64,000 nucleotides of DNA from Candidatus Eiseniibacteriota bacterium (lineage in GTDB: Bacteria; Eisenbacteria; RBG-16-71-46). Positions 1-13,566 of the stretch are shown here, piece by piece. The DNA lies in NCBI GenBank assembly GCA_963744995.1, contig CAVUWA010000002.1, positions 480,001 through 544,000 on the forward strand. Direction: 5' to 3'. The notes under the pieces were generated by a model. It was given only the letters and a program-made list of their open reading frames with translations. It was not told the origin of the DNA and searched no databases. Every line of letters starts with the position of its first letter. Positions within the stretch are counted from its first letter, which is position 1. A program made the position numbers and the translations under genes.

Positions 1-25
1 GCAGAGCCTGAAGTAAGGAGCCCTC

Positions 26-1831
26 ATGGCCACGACGACCGCCGAAGCGCTGCACGCACCCGCCGGGAGCCAGACCGGGATCTGGAGCTGGATCACGACC
101 GTCGATCACAAGCGGATCGGCGCGCTCTACGGGATCACCGCCTTCATCTTCTTCCTGATCGGCGGTCTCGAAGCGCTGATGATCCGCATTCAGCTGATGA
201 GGCCGGAGAACACCTTCGTCAGCCCGGACTTCTACAACCAGCTCTTCACGATGCACGGCACGACGATGATCTTCCTCGCGGTCATGCCGTTGTCGGCGAG
301 CTTCTTCAATTTCCTGATCCCGCTGATGATCGGCGCGCGCGACGTCGCGTTCCCGCGCCTGAACGCGTTCAGCTACTGGGTCTTTCTGCTCGGCGGCATC
401 TTCATCAACCTGAGCTTCTTCATGGGCGGCGCTCCCGACACCGGCTGGTTCGGGTACTCGAACCTGACTTCGAAGGCGTTCTCGCCGGGCGTCGGCGTCG
501 ACTTCTGGGCGGTCGGCCTGCAGATCCTCGGCGTCGCGTCGCTCGCCGCGGCGTTCAACTTCATCGTGACGATCATCAACATGCGCGCGCCCGGCATGAA
601 GTTCATGCGCATGCCGGTGTTCGTGTGGATGACGCTGGTGACCTCGTTCCTGATCATCCTCGCGTTCCCGGTGATCACCGTCGCGCTGGTGTTCCTGCTG
701 TTCGACCGCTACACGGGCACCAACTTCTACATCCCCGCGTCCGGTGCCGACCCCCTGCTCTGGCAGCATCTGTTCTGGCTGTTCGGCCACCCCGAGGTCT
801 ACATCCTGATCCTGCCCGCGATGGGCATCATCTCGGAGGTGCTGCCGACGTTCTCGCGCAAGCCGCTCTTCGGCTACGCGGTCGTCGTCTACTCGGGCAT
901 CTTCATCGGTTTCATGGGCTGGGGCGTATGGAGTCACCACATGTTCTCGGTGGGGCTCGGCCCGCTCGCCGACTCGTTCTTCTCGATCACCACGATGCTG
1001 ATCGCGATTCCCACCGGCGTGAAGATCTTCAACTGGCTGGCGACGATCTGGGGCGGCAAGATCAGTCTCACCACGGCGATGCTGTTCGCCGTCGGCTTCA
1101 TCGGCATGTTCACGATGGGCGGGTTGTCCGGCTTCATGCACGCCTCGCCGCCTGCCGACCTTCAGCAGACCGACACCTATTTCGTCGTGGCCCACATCCA
1201 CTACGTGCTCTTCGGCGGCGCGATCATGGGTATCTTCGCCGGGATCTACTACTGGTTCCCGAAGATGACGGGTCGCTTCCTCGACGAGAGGCTCGGCAAG
1301 TTCCATTTCTGGATGATGATCATCGGCATGAACGTCACGTTCTTCCCGATGCACTTCGTCGGCCTGCTGGGCATGCCGCGACGCATCTACACCTACCCGC
1401 CGAACATGGGCTTCGACTGGCTCAACATGCTGTCGACGGTCGGGGTGTTCATCATCGTCGTGGCGCTGCTGGCGTTCATCGTCAACTTCCTGCAGAGCGT
1501 GCGCAACGGCAAGCCCGCCGGCGCCGACCCGTGGGGCGCGCCGACGCTCGAGTGGGCGATCCCGTCGCCGCCGCCGCCGCACAACTTCGGTTCGTTGCCC
1601 GAGGTTCACAGCCTGGACCCGCTCTGGCACAAGGATCACGAGCAGCTGCGCCAGAAGGTCAACACCCTCGCGGCCCACATCCACATGCCGCCGAACTCGC
1701 ACTGGCCGGCCTTTTCCGCGCTCGGGATGACCATGCTGATGTCCGGCATGGTGTTCGGCTGGTGGGTCGGCATTCCCGGCCTGCTGATCCTGCTGGTCGG
1801 CGTCTACTCGTGGGCCTTCGAGCCATGCTGA
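26..1831 (+). CDS. ctaD: Cytochrome c oxidase subunit I (A1 type, caa3-like, with 2 extra C-terminal TM helices)
   Basis: DHKRIG, MHGTTMIF, WLFGHPEVY, WSHHM, VAHIHY and GMPRR motifs; RBS AAGGAG upstream. Confidence 0.98.
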   Translation: MATTTAEALHAPAGSQTGIWSWITTVDHKRIGALYGITAFIFFLIGGLEALMIRIQLMRPENTFVSPDFYNQLFTMHGTTMIFLAVMPLSASFFNFLIPLMIGARDVAFPRLNAFSYWVFLLGGIFINLSFFMGGAPDTGWFGYSNLTSKAFSPGVGVDFWAVGLQILGVASLAAAFNFIVTIINMRAPGMKFMRMPVFVWMTLVTSFLIILAFPVITVALVFLLFDRYTGTNFYIPASGADPLLWQHLFWLFGHPEVYILILPAMGIISEVLPTFSRKPLFGYAVVVYSGIFIGFMGWGVWSHHMFSVGLGPLADSFFSITTMLIAIPTGVKIFNWLATIWGGKISLTTAMLFAVGFIGMFTMGGLSGFMHASPPADLQQTDTYFVVAHIHYVLFGGAIMGIFAGIYYWFPKMTGRFLDERLGKFHFWMMIIGMNVTFFPMHFVGLLGMPRRIYTYPPNMGFDWLNMLSTVGVFIIVVALLAFIVNFLQSVRNGKPAGADPWGAPTLEWAIPSPPPPHNFGSLPEVHSLDPLWHKDHEQLRQKVNTLAAHIHMPPNSHWPAFSALGMTMLMSGMVFGWWVGIPGLLILLVGVYSWAFEPC

Positions 1832-1867
1832 TGACCACCGGCTCTTCCGATCGGGGAGGACACTGAT

Positions 1868-2464
1868 TTGGCCGTCGCCACCGCGCACGTCGAAGAAGCG
1901 CATCACACCAGCACCGGTCTCAACAACCGCAAGATGGTGTTCTGGGCCTTCCTCGGCTCGGAATGCATGTTCTTCGGCTCGCTGATCGCCACCTATCTGG
2001 TCTACCGGGGCCGCGATGCCGTGGGGCCGCACCCGCACGAGATCTTCAGCATTCCGTTCACGACCGTGAGCGCGTTCGTACTGCTCATGAGCAGTCTCAC
2101 GATGGTGCTCGCACTGGCGTCGGTGCAGCAGGGCAAGCAGAACGGCGCCAGGCTGTGGATCGCCGTGACGGCGCTGCTCGGCATGACGTTCATCGCCGGT
2201 CAGGTCTACGAGTTCAGCGAGTTCTTCCACAAGGGACTGGCGCTGCAGACCAACCTGTTCGGCTGCTCGTTCTACGTCCTCACCGGATTCCACGGCACGC
2301 ACGTCACGGTCGGCGTCATCTGGCTCTGGAGCCTGTGGGCGATGGCGATGCGCGGCAAGTTGCCGCCGTCGCGCGCGCTCGACGTCGAAATCGCCGGGCT
2401 CTACTGGCATTTCGTCGACGTGGTCTGGATCGCGATCTTCACCCTGGTCTATCTGATTCAGTAG
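1868..2464 (+). CDS. ctaE: Cytochrome c oxidase subunit III (short form)
   Basis: FLGSECMFFGSL, LTGFHGTHV and GLYWHFVDVVW motifs; GGAGG RBS then TTG start. Confidence 0.95.
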   Translation: MAVATAHVEEAHHTSTGLNNRKMVFWAFLGSECMFFGSLIATYLVYRGRDAVGPHPHEIFSIPFTTVSAFVLLMSSLTMVLALASVQQGKQNGARLWIAVTALLGMTFIAGQVYEFSEFFHKGLALQTNLFGCSFYVLTGFHGTHVTVGVIWLWSLWAMAMRGKLPPSRALDVEIAGLYWHFVDVVWIAIFTLVYLIQ

Positions 2465-2474
2465 GGAGGCAACG

Positions 2475-2786
2475 ATGTCGGATCACGCCCACGCGGTCGA
2501 GCACGCACATCCCGGGGCCAAGCAGTACGTCGGCATCGCGGTCGTACTCACGGTGATCACCGCCATCGAGGTCGCCGTGTTCTACATCCCGGAGCTGCAC
2601 TTCGCGCTGGTGCCGATCCTGCTCACCCTGTCGGCGCTCAAGTTCGGGCTGGTGGCGATGTTCTACATGCACCTCAAGTTCGACCATCGGCTGTTCAGCT
2701 GGCTGTTCGTGGTGCCGATGATGATCGCGATCGTGGTGATTCTCGCGCTGATGGCGCTGTTCGGGCACTTCGCACACGGCGCCTGA
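2475..2786 (+). CDS. ctaF: Cytochrome c oxidase subunit IV
   Basis: Three TM segments and KFGLVAMFYMHLKFD motif; follows subunit III with a GGGAGG RBS. Confidence 0.88.
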   Translation: MSDHAHAVEHAHPGAKQYVGIAVVLTVITAIEVAVFYIPELHFALVPILLTLSALKFGLVAMFYMHLKFDHRLFSWLFVVPMMIAIVVILALMALFGHFAHGA

Positions 2787-2806
2787 GGTCCGCGTCGCCT
2801 GCGCGC

Positions 2807-2840
2807 CGGCCCCGCCCTGCTGCGGGGCCGTCTTCATTTC
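2807..2840 (+). terminator. Probable intrinsic terminator of the cox operon
   Basis: CGGCCCCGC/GCGGGGCCG 9-bp stem followed by TCTTCATTT. Confidence 0.55.
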
Positions 2841-2928
2841 GCGGGGATCCGCCGGCGTGGGGGCACGGGCCGGGGCGGGAGGGTGGCGTACGTGACGCGC
2901 GCGGCAAGCGCGGGTCCACCCAAGGGTC

Positions 2929-2957
2929 GAGCCCCGGGAGCAAGGCTCCCGGGGCTC
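2929..2957. terminator. Perfect 13-bp hairpin immediately 3' of tRNA-fMet
   Basis: GAGCCCCGGGAGC-AAG-GCTCCCGGGGCTC; no clear U-tract. Confidence 0.45.
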
Positions 2958-2961
2958 CAAT

Positions 2962-3038
<77 letters not shown>

Positions 3039-3049
3039 GCAACAAAGCC

Positions 3050-3079
3050 AAGATAGGGCCGGGGGCGCGAAACTGTCAA
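3050..3079 (-). promoter_or_regulatory. sigma70-type promoter of tRNA-fMet
   Basis: TTGACA-N18-TATCTT on the minus strand just upstream of the tRNA. Confidence 0.65.
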
Positions 3080-3225
3080 GGCGAGGGGGCCCCGGGGTGG
3101 CGCCGGGATCACGCCCCAACCCCAACGGAAGGCGACGGTTGCGCGGTCGGCGGCGGGCCGCTAGTATCCCCGACTCCTGACCGGGCTACGGACTCCGAAC
3201 AGAATCCTATCGCTGGAGGTTTGCG

Positions 3226-3990
3226 TTGAACCGCATCCGGCTCGCCGCGCTGGCGGCGTGCGCATTCGCCGTGCTGTTCGCGCCCGCGCGCGACGCGCAC
3301 GCGGCCGCCGAAGTGCACAACTTCAACCTCGTGCTGTCCGCGGTCCCTTCCTCGGTGACGACCGGCGGCTTCAACGATCTCATCGACCAGTACAACCGTT
3401 TCATCCTCAATCCCCGCGACTACAACAGCCTCGACGAGATCAGCTTCGCCTGGCTGTTCGAGGGCGAGTTGCGCTACTTCGTGCGCCAGAACGTCGCCCT
3501 GACCGCGGGCGTCGGGCAGCTGAAAACGCAGTCCAAGCGCGAGTACCTGCCGCTCATCAATCAGACCATCGACGTCCGCGCCGAAATCATCTCGGTGCCG
3601 GTCCACGTCGGCGCCGACTACTACTTCGCACCCTACAACCAGGGCGATTTCCAGGCGCGCGCGTATCTCGGCGGCGGCATCCTCAGCAACGTCTTCTCGC
3701 GGGCGACGTTTCAGCAGATGGAGATCAACACGACGCCGGCGACCTCGATCGGCGGCTCGTTCATCGTGCGCGGCACGCGCGACAGCCCGGGTTTCTACGT
3801 CGAAACCGGCGTGCACATGTTCTTCGCTTCGAGCTGGTCGGTGATGGTCGGTGGCGTGTTCCGCAGCGCGAAGATCGAGACGATCGTCGATCAGGAGACG
3901 GGCGAACCGCTGACCGATCTGCTGGGCGGCAGGATCGACCTCGACATGAGCGGTGCCGGCGTGCGGCTGGGAGTGGCCAAGGGGTTCTGA
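3226..3990 (+). CDS. Secreted protein, probable outer-membrane beta-barrel
   Basis: Signal peptide (..RDAHA), alternating beta-strand pattern, C-terminal Phe; GGAGG RBS. Confidence 0.7.
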   Translation: MNRIRLAALAACAFAVLFAPARDAHAAAEVHNFNLVLSAVPSSVTTGGFNDLIDQYNRFILNPRDYNSLDEISFAWLFEGELRYFVRQNVALTAGVGQLKTQSKREYLPLINQTIDVRAEIISVPVHVGADYYFAPYNQGDFQARAYLGGGILSNVFSRATFQQMEINTTPATSIGGSFIVRGTRDSPGFYVETGVHMFFASSWSVMVGGVFRSAKIETIVDQETGEPLTDLLGGRIDLDMSGAGVRLGVAKGF

Positions 3991-4101
3991 GCGGCGCCGG
4001 CACGCGGCGCCGGGGACGGGCCGGAGCGGCTCGGGCTGCGGCCCGTCTTCATTCCGGCAGCGCGTCGTCCTGCGGCTCGGGTTCGCCGAGCCGCTGCCGC
4101 T

Positions 4102-4464
4102 TCAGTGGCCCAGGCTGTCGGCCGGCACGTCGCGGATCTGGTAGATGATCTCGCCGGGCGCCGCCATGCCGTTCTTCTCCCGCAGCGCCTGCTCCGCCCG
4201 CATGCGCTGGGCGGCCGGATCGCGGCTCTCTTCCTCCATCTGCAGGCGCTCGCGCCGCGCGACCACCAGCTCCGCAGTGTCGCGCCGCTGCAACTGTTCG
4301 AGCTTCCAGATCCGGTACATGCTGTGGTCGCTGATGAAACCCGCATAGATCACCCATGCGGCGCCGACCAGCCAGATCCACTTGAAGTGGCGGCGTACGG
4401 GGTCGTCGGGCGGGGCGTAGCGGGAGAGCCGGTAGCGTTTCAGACGGCGGCTGATGTCGCGCAT
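4102..4464 (-). CDS. ftsB: Septum formation initiator (FtsB/DivIC family)
   Basis: One TM segment plus coiled coil and E..LRE..GM..PGEIIY motif; directly downstream of eno, the usual synteny. Confidence 0.8.
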   Translation of the reverse strand: MRDISRRLKRYRLSRYAPPDDPVRRHFKWIWLVGAAWVIYAGFISDHSMYRIWKLEQLQRRDTAELVVARRERLQMEEESRDPAAQRMRAEQALREKNGMAAPGEIIYQIRDVPADSLGH

Positions 4465-4600
4465 GACGAACGTCCCTGTTCGGCGCCGGCGCAGCGCGCC
4501 GGGAAGGGGCCGTGGGGCCCGATGTCACGACGGGTCCGCATCCTGCAGACCCCGGACCGGATCCGGTTCTATCGGATCGCGCGAATGGCTGCGCTGCCCT

Positions 4601-6433
<1,833 letters not shown>

Positions 6434-6449
6434 CTATGGTCCGCAGCCA

Positions 6450-6479
6450 TGAAACCTTCGGCCGGCCCCACCCGTAATA
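6450..6479 (+). promoter_or_regulatory. ECF (SigW-like) autoregulatory promoter
   Basis: TGAAAC-N17-CGTA just upstream of the ECF sigma gene; a sigma70-like TTGACC-N18-TATGGT also lies at 6411-6440. Confidence 0.6.
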
Positions 6480-6495
6480 ACGACCGAGGGTTGCG

Positions 6496-7065
6496 GTGAT
6501 CCACGACGACGCTGAAACCCTGCGCAGGTGCCGGGAGGGCGACGAGCAGGCGTACCGCGAAATCGTCGAACGGTACCAGCGTCAGGTCTACTCGCTGGCG
6601 ATGCGCATGGTACGGAGCTCGGAGGACGCCGAGGACCTCACGCAGGACACGTTCGTGAGGATGTTCAAGGCGATCGACCGCTACGATCCGGAACGGCCGT
6701 TCGCGGCGTGGTTGATGACGATCGCGTCGCGCCTGTGCATCGATCACATCCGGCGGCGCAAGGTGCGGCCGTTGCCGCTGGTTCGCCAGGAGATGGGGAC
6801 GCACGAGGAGCAGACGATCGACGTGGAGGATCCGGGGTTGCAACCGGACGAGATCACGTCGCATCGAGAGGAAGAGCAGCAGGCGCAGTCGCTGATCGAT
6901 TCGCTGCCGCCGCACTATCGGATCGTCGTGGTGTTGCGCCATCAGCAGGATCTGTCGTACGAGGAAATCGCGCAGAGTCTGGATCTGCCGATCGGCACCG
7001 TGAAAGCGCGCATCCATCGCGCGCGGGCGCTCCTCCGGGAGCGCATCGAGGGACGGACATCGTGA
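6496..7065 (+). CDS. ECF RNA polymerase sigma factor (SigW/RpoE-like)
   Basis: Region 2 DAEDLTQDTF..F.AWL..IA; region 4 LSYEEIA..L..PIGTVKARIHRAR. Confidence 0.95.
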   Translation: MIHDDAETLRRCREGDEQAYREIVERYQRQVYSLAMRMVRSSEDAEDLTQDTFVRMFKAIDRYDPERPFAAWLMTIASRLCIDHIRRRKVRPLPLVRQEMGTHEEQTIDVEDPGLQPDEITSHREEEQQAQSLIDSLPPHYRIVVVLRHQQDLSYEEIAQSLDLPIGTVKARIHRARALLRERIEGRTS

Positions 7066-7685
7066 ACCGCTGCAACGAAGCATTCGACTTCCAGGCGTAC
7101 CTCGACGGCGAGCTGCCCGCGCCGGAGATTCTCCGGCTCGAGCGGCACACCGATCAATGCGCCTCCTGTGCGGCCGAGCTGGCGATCGTGCGCCGGGTGT
7201 TCGCGACCCTCGACGCGCTGCCGCTGCTCGATCCCGGCCCGCGGCTCACCGAGCGCGTGCTCGAGAAGGTCGTCCCTTCACGGGTGCGCCGCCGCTGGAT
7301 GCAGGTCGTCGGCTGGTCGTATGCGGCGGCGTTCGTGGCGTTCCTCGCCGGCGCGATGCTGTGGATCGCGCAGCCGGGGACGCAGGAGCTGCTCGGCGCG
7401 GCGTCGAGTGCGGCGTCAGTGCGGCTCACCGGGCTTCTGGTGTTCGTGCTCGAGAGCCTCGCCTTCGCCGCGCACGTCGTCGCCAGCGCCTGGGGCCTCG
7501 GGTCCGCGGCGCTCGAGTGGCTCGCGCCGCTCGGACGCGCGTTCATCCCGCTGATGTCGCATCCGTCGGTCCGCATCGCCGTTCCGGCCGCGGGGCTCGC
7601 GGCGGCCGCGGTGCTGTGGTGGATGCACGCGCGCGAGTCGCGCGAGAAGGGTGGCTCGAATCATGTGGCCATTCTCGGCGGCTGA
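7062..7685 (+). CDS. Zinc-binding (zf-HC2) transmembrane anti-sigma factor
   Basis: GTGA overlap with the sigma gene; YLDGEL..HTDQCASC (HxxxCxxC) followed by TM helices. Confidence 0.85.
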   Translation: MNRCNEAFDFQAYLDGELPAPEILRLERHTDQCASCAAELAIVRRVFATLDALPLLDPGPRLTERVLEKVVPSRVRRRWMQVVGWSYAAAFVAFLAGAMLWIAQPGTQELLGAASSAASVRLTGLLVFVLESLAFAAHVVASAWGLGSAALEWLAPLGRAFIPLMSHPSVRIAVPAAGLAAAAVLWWMHARESREKGGSNHVAILGG

Positions 7686-8871
7686 GACGGGGTGCGCGCG
7701 CGTCCCGGACCGGGTCGTGCGCGTCGGCGGGCTGGTGCTCGCGACCGCCGTGCTGCTCGCACCATTCGGGTCCGGTGCGGCCCGCGCCGCGGCGCCGCCC
7801 GACACCGGGCGGGTGGTCGGCGGCGTGCGCGTGACCGACGACGGCATCGAGATCTTCGAGCCCGGCCGCGCGCCCGCAGCCGGGCCCGCCAGGCGCACCC
7901 ATGCCCACGATGACACCGATGCCGACGACGTCCGCATTTCGCTCGGCTCGAGGGACCTCGTGCGCGTGAACGGCCCGATCGTCGTCGACTCGGACGAGAA
8001 CGGTCTCGTGCGCGTGTTCGCGGACGCTGAAGTGCCGGCCGGGCGCTCGATCGACGGGGACGTCGTGGCGGTGTTCGGCAACGCGCGCGTGGACGGCGAG
8101 GTCTCCGGAAGCGTCGTGTCGGTGCTCGGCTCGGTGAGCCTGGGCCGCGGCGCCACGGTGTCGGGGGACGCGGTCGCGGTCGGCGGGCGGCTCGATCTCG
8201 AGCCGGGCGCGACCGTCCACGGCGAGAGCGTCACGGTGGGCTTCATGCCGGTCGCGTGGGGCATGCCCACGCTGCAGTTCCTGCTGCTCACGATCGCCTC
8301 CGCAATCGCGATGACGCTGCTCGTCGGCGCTCTGCTGTTCCTGATTCTCGACCGGCGCATGCGCCGCACCGCGATCACGGTCACGCACCGCACCGGCAGT
8401 TCCCTGCTCATCGGGCTGGTCTCGCCGCCGCTGGTCATCATCTCGATCGGCCTGTTGTGCATCACGGTGATCGGAATCCCCGGCGCCGCCCTGCTGCCGC
8501 TCCTCTACGGGATCCTGCTCTTCGCGGGGCACGTCGTGGCCTCCTACGTGCTCGGCTGCAAGCTGACCGGCCGCGAGACGGGCCAGGGCGGCGCGATGCT
8601 GCCGCTGCTCGTGGGCTCGGTGTTCGTGGCGATGTTCTTCGTGGTCGGCACGTTCATGGCGATCCAGCCGGGCTGGACCCGCTCGGCCGCGCTGTTCTTC
8701 AGCTGTGCGGGCGTGCTCCTCGTCATGGTGCTGGCGATCGTCGGCAGCGGAGCGATCCTGGTCTCGCGATTCGGCACCCGGCCCGAGGATCCGCCGCCGG
8801 GCGACGCGGCCCCGGCGCCGACGGCGCCGTCCGGGCCGGCCGCCGCGCCGCTGTCCTCCAGCGTCTCCTGA
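7663..8871 (+). CDS. Membrane protein with bactofilin-like beta-helix repeats and a multi-TM C-terminus
   Basis: Repeats GDVVAVFGN/GSVVSVLGS/GDAVAVGGR then about 5 TM helices; common partner of SigW-type operons; start uncertain. Confidence 0.7.
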   Translation: MWPFSAAETGCARVPDRVVRVGGLVLATAVLLAPFGSGAARAAAPPDTGRVVGGVRVTDDGIEIFEPGRAPAAGPARRTHAHDDTDADDVRISLGSRDLVRVNGPIVVDSDENGLVRVFADAEVPAGRSIDGDVVAVFGNARVDGEVSGSVVSVLGSVSLGRGATVSGDAVAVGGRLDLEPGATVHGESVTVGFMPVAWGMPTLQFLLLTIASAIAMTLLVGALLFLILDRRMRRTAITVTHRTGSSLLIGLVSPPLVIISIGLLCITVIGIPGAALLPLLYGILLFAGHVVASYVLGCKLTGRETGQGGAMLPLLVGSVFVAMFFVVGTFMAIQPGWTRSAALFFSCAGVLLVMVLAIVGSGAILVSRFGTRPEDPPPGDAAPAPTAPSGPAAAPLSSSVS

Positions 8872-9059
8872 CCTCGCCTTCCCCTCCGGGGCGTGCGGGG
8901 AACCTCACCCAGCGCGATCGGGAGCGATGGGTGTGAAGCCCCGAATGACCCCCTGCGGAGCCCCGTGGCGGGCCCCTGTGCGGATCGCAATGCGCGTCCA
9001 AGGCGCTGACACGTAACGCCTTGTGGTCTCGGCCGCGGCCGCGCCGCGCGGCGCCCGCG

Positions 9060-9075
9060 TGGCACGATCGTGGCG
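9060..9075 (+). promoter_or_regulatory. Possible sigma54 -24/-12 promoter
   Basis: TGGCACGATCGTGGC (GG-N10-GC); lies very close to the start codon, so uncertain. Confidence 0.35.
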
Positions 9076-9088
9076 ATGAGGAAAGGGC

Positions 9089-10114
9089 ATGAAGCCACTT
9101 TCCTTCATCCGCCGCACGCTCATCGGGCTCCTCGGGACCGCCCTCGGCATGGTGCTGCTGGTGGTCGCCGGTCACGCCGACGAGGTCACCGGCGCGGCGC
9201 TGCGCCCGGCACAGCCGGCGATCGTGATCCACCCCGCCTCCCTGACCGAGCGTGACTACTGCCGGGTCGACGCCGAGGGACGCACCTGGCTCGAACTGCC
9301 GAACGGCGAGCGTTTCGAGCTGATCACCTCGGTGGACGATCCGGCGATCATCAACAAGGGCGACGGGTCGTTCCACCCGTTCGATGACCGCGTCGTCCGG
9401 GCGGCCATCGACGGCCTGCAGTATCCGCTCGGCGGGGTGAGCGTCGAGATCTTCATCCTTCCGTATCCGCGTCGCGGCGGTCTCGAGTCCGCGGCGGCTC
9501 CGGGGCTGATCTTCCTCTCGCCCGGCGTGCGCGACCTGTCGATCGACCAGCAGCATGCCGAGACCGTCCACGAGATCGGGCACGTCGTTCAGTACGCGCT
9601 CATGCCGGACATCGATCGCGCGAGCTGGGACACCTACCGTTCGCTGCGCGGCATCGACGATACCCAGATCTACTGGAGCGGGGCGGCGCACTCGAACCGC
9701 CCGCACGAAATCTTCGCGGAAGACTTCCGCGCACTGTTCGGTGATGCGCCGGCGAACTACTCGGGCACGATCGAGAACGCGTCGCTCGCGTATCCGACGC
9801 AGGTCTCGGGCCTGGCGAGCTTCATGCTCAGGCTCGCCGGCGGCACGCCGCGCTCGATCGCGCTGACGGCGTGGCCGAATCCCAGTCGCGGCGCGGTCAC
9901 CTTCAGCCGCTCGGGGACGGCGCCCTCGATGCTCGACCTGTTCGACGCCCAGGGGCGTCGCGTCGCGACGGTCGCGCCGGCCGCCGGCCCTGCCGGCATC
10001 CGGTGGGCGTGGGACGGCCGTGACACCGCCGGCCGCCGCGTCGAGCCCGGCGTGCTGTTCGCGCGCGCGCGCGACCCGGAGAGCCGCACGCTGCGCGTCA
10101 CGCTGCTGCCCTGA
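9089..10114 (+). CDS. Secreted zincin-like protein (HExxH) with FlgD/T9SS-like C-terminal domain
   Basis: N-terminal hydrophobic signal, HEIGH and downstream EIFAEDF; C-terminal AWPNPSRG..LFDAQGRRV..WDGRD..G..V..GV. Confidence 0.75.
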   Translation: MKPLSFIRRTLIGLLGTALGMVLLVVAGHADEVTGAALRPAQPAIVIHPASLTERDYCRVDAEGRTWLELPNGERFELITSVDDPAIINKGDGSFHPFDDRVVRAAIDGLQYPLGGVSVEIFILPYPRRGGLESAAAPGLIFLSPGVRDLSIDQQHAETVHEIGHVVQYALMPDIDRASWDTYRSLRGIDDTQIYWSGAAHSNRPHEIFAEDFRALFGDAPANYSGTIENASLAYPTQVSGLASFMLRLAGGTPRSIALTAWPNPSRGAVTFSRSGTAPSMLDLFDAQGRRVATVAPAAGPAGIRWAWDGRDTAGRRVEPGVLFARARDPESRTLRVTLLP

Positions 10115-10124
10115 GCTTCGCCGC

Positions 10125-10805
10125 TCACGGCGATGGGTGCAGCTCCTCGAGCATGAAATCCGGCGACACCGCCCGCGCCTGCTCGTCACCGAACCCCGAG
10201 AAGTTGCGGACCGCGTCGAACACGGCGCGCGGCAGCGCGGTAATGAAGCCGAAGCTCGACCTGCGACCGCTTTCGACCTCGCCGGAGAGCCAGCCCTCGA
10301 CCTCCTCCACGTCCTCGACGCTCAGCGGTCGCAGCGTGGCGGTCACTACCACGTAGTAACGCGGCCCCGGTTTCAGCTCGTTCTCGCGCGCAACCGGCAG
10401 CGAGATCGAGCGCGCCAGCGCGATGCGCACCGAATCGAGCGAGGCGTAGACGCGCGGCGGCGCGTTGGCACGCTCGACGCGATAGTCCTTGCCGGCGACC
10501 TGGTAGCGGATCCGGATCGAGCCTTCGAACGTCCGCTCGACGCGGTCGAACCATGCGGTGCGCCGGCGCCACAACTCGGCGCGCAGCTGCAGCGTCGCCG
10601 GCATGCCGCGCTCGAGGCTCTCGGCTGCGCGGCCGTCGAACAGATCGTCCACGCGTACGTCGGCCCACACGTAGCCGTCGTCGGCGTGCGGGGCGCCGAG
10701 GCCGATTTCGAACGCGTGCGCCTGCGCCGCGAGCCCCGGCGCCCAGGCGCAGAGCAGAACGGCCGACGCGGCGGCGAGGGAGCGGAGACGGAGGCGGGCG
10801 CGCAC
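10125..10805 (-). CDS. DUF4390-like periplasmic protein
   Basis: Signal peptide (AQAHA) and L.RG.P..L...ELWRRR..WFD pattern; lies in an NtrY/X-like cluster; GTG start inferred. Confidence 0.65.
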   Translation of the reverse strand: MRARLRLRSLAAASAVLLCAWAPGLAAQAHAFEIGLGAPHADDGYVWADVRVDDLFDGRAAESLERGMPATLQLRAELWRRRTAWFDRVERTFEGSIRIRYQVAGKDYRVERANAPPRVYASLDSVRIALARSISLPVARENELKPGPRYYVVVTATLRPLSVEDVEEVEGWLSGEVESGRRSSFGFITALPRAVFDAVRNFSGFGDEQARAVSPDFMLEELHPSP

Positions 10806-10816
10806 GGGAGGTCCGC

Positions 10817-12177
10817 TCAGAACGGCCGCTGCAGTCGCAGACTGACGAGGAAGTTGCCGTCGCGCTGCACCAGATCGCGCGCGAAATAGACGCGCATCCG
10901 GTCCTCGGAGACCGAAAGGCCGAAGCCGGCGTCCGTCTGGATGTGCTGGCGGCCGATGTCCCAGCGCTCGGGGCTCGTCCAGGCGCGCCCGGTGTCGATG
11001 AACACGATCGCCTGCAGCGCTCCCTGCCAGCCGCCGCGCGCGATGCGGCCGACCTCGACCTGATATTCGGCCTGAGCGAGGAGCATCTGATCGCCGCGGA
11101 AGCGTGCGAACGGCTGCGCGCGCAGGCCGTCGACGCCGCCCACCGTGAACTCCTTCTGCCGCGGCAGCGTGCCGCGCGGGGTGTGGCCGCCGACCATGCG
11201 CAGCGCGAGCGTGGACACCGGCGTGAGCCGCAGCACGCTGCGCACGTCGGCGAGCAGCCGCGTGTAGGTGAAGTCGCCGCCGAGGCCCTGGCCCGCCCAC
11301 TCGCACTCGATCCAGTGGTAGACCCCTGCGCGGGTGCGGTGGGTGCGATGGGCGAGGCGCTCGAGTCGCACCGCCACGGTCGTGGCACGGCCGTCGTCGA
11401 TCGCCGGATTGTCACGCAGTTCGCGCGAGCGGTTCAGCCAGCTCACGGTGTTGAGATACGCGCGCAACGAGCGGTAGTCGTCGGTGCGCCAGTGCAGACT
11501 CACGGTCGAGAAGTCCGGCACGCGCCACGACAGATAGGTGCCGAAGCCCTCGCGCTCGAAATAGTCGCGGTAGTCCTGGCGGCCGAACAGCAGGGCGAGG
11601 CTGTTTTCCACGTCGTCCACCTGCTGCAGCTCGCTGTGATCGGTGCGCCGTACCATCGAGACGCCGAGCGCGAGCCGCCCGGGCGGGGCGAGCGGCTGCT
11701 CGATCTGGACGCCGTAGAGCACCCGCCTGCGATCGGTGGCGTACTCGAGCCGCGTGCCGAGCCGCGGCGCCATCGTGGTCGGGTTCTGCACTTCGGCGCC
11801 CAGTCCGATCGAAATCCGGTCGACGCGGTTGTAGGCGAGACGCAGGCGCGCCGCGCCGTGCTCGCCGAGGCTCCAGTGCGAGGCCCGCGAACTGGCCCAG
11901 ACGTCCGGGTCGGTCAGCAGGCCCTCGCCGAACGGGGTACGCAGCCACACGTCTTCGCGTGAGATCTGCATCTCGGCTTCCGGCCGCGGCTCGGAGTCCT
12001 CGATCACCGGCGCGAGCCGGATGCGCTCCTCGAGGCTCGGCGGCGGCGGCTCGGAGTCGGCCTCGCCGGCGTGCGCCCGCGCGGGGCAGGCGAGCGCGAG
12101 CGCCGCGAGGAGCGTGCCCGCCGCGGCGTGACCGACACGGCGGCGGGGGGGCCCGGCGCCGCGACGCGGGCCCGCCC

Positions 12178-12181
<4 letters not shown>
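10817..12181 (-). CDS. BamA/TamA (Omp85)-like outer-membrane barrel protein
   Basis: YNRVD, F.VGG.DGLRA, GDQMLL.QAEY, FIDTGRAW and C-terminal RPF; ATG overlaps the stop of the upstream regulator. Confidence 0.75.

Positions 12182-13562
<1,381 letters not shown>

Positions 13563-13566
<4 letters not shown>

Noticed and set aside
1826..1834. TGC TGA TGA at the end of ctaD as possible selenocysteine read-through, given selB in the window
   Set aside because: The protein ends at the normal family position, the stop is doubled, and no SECIS-like hairpin was recognised
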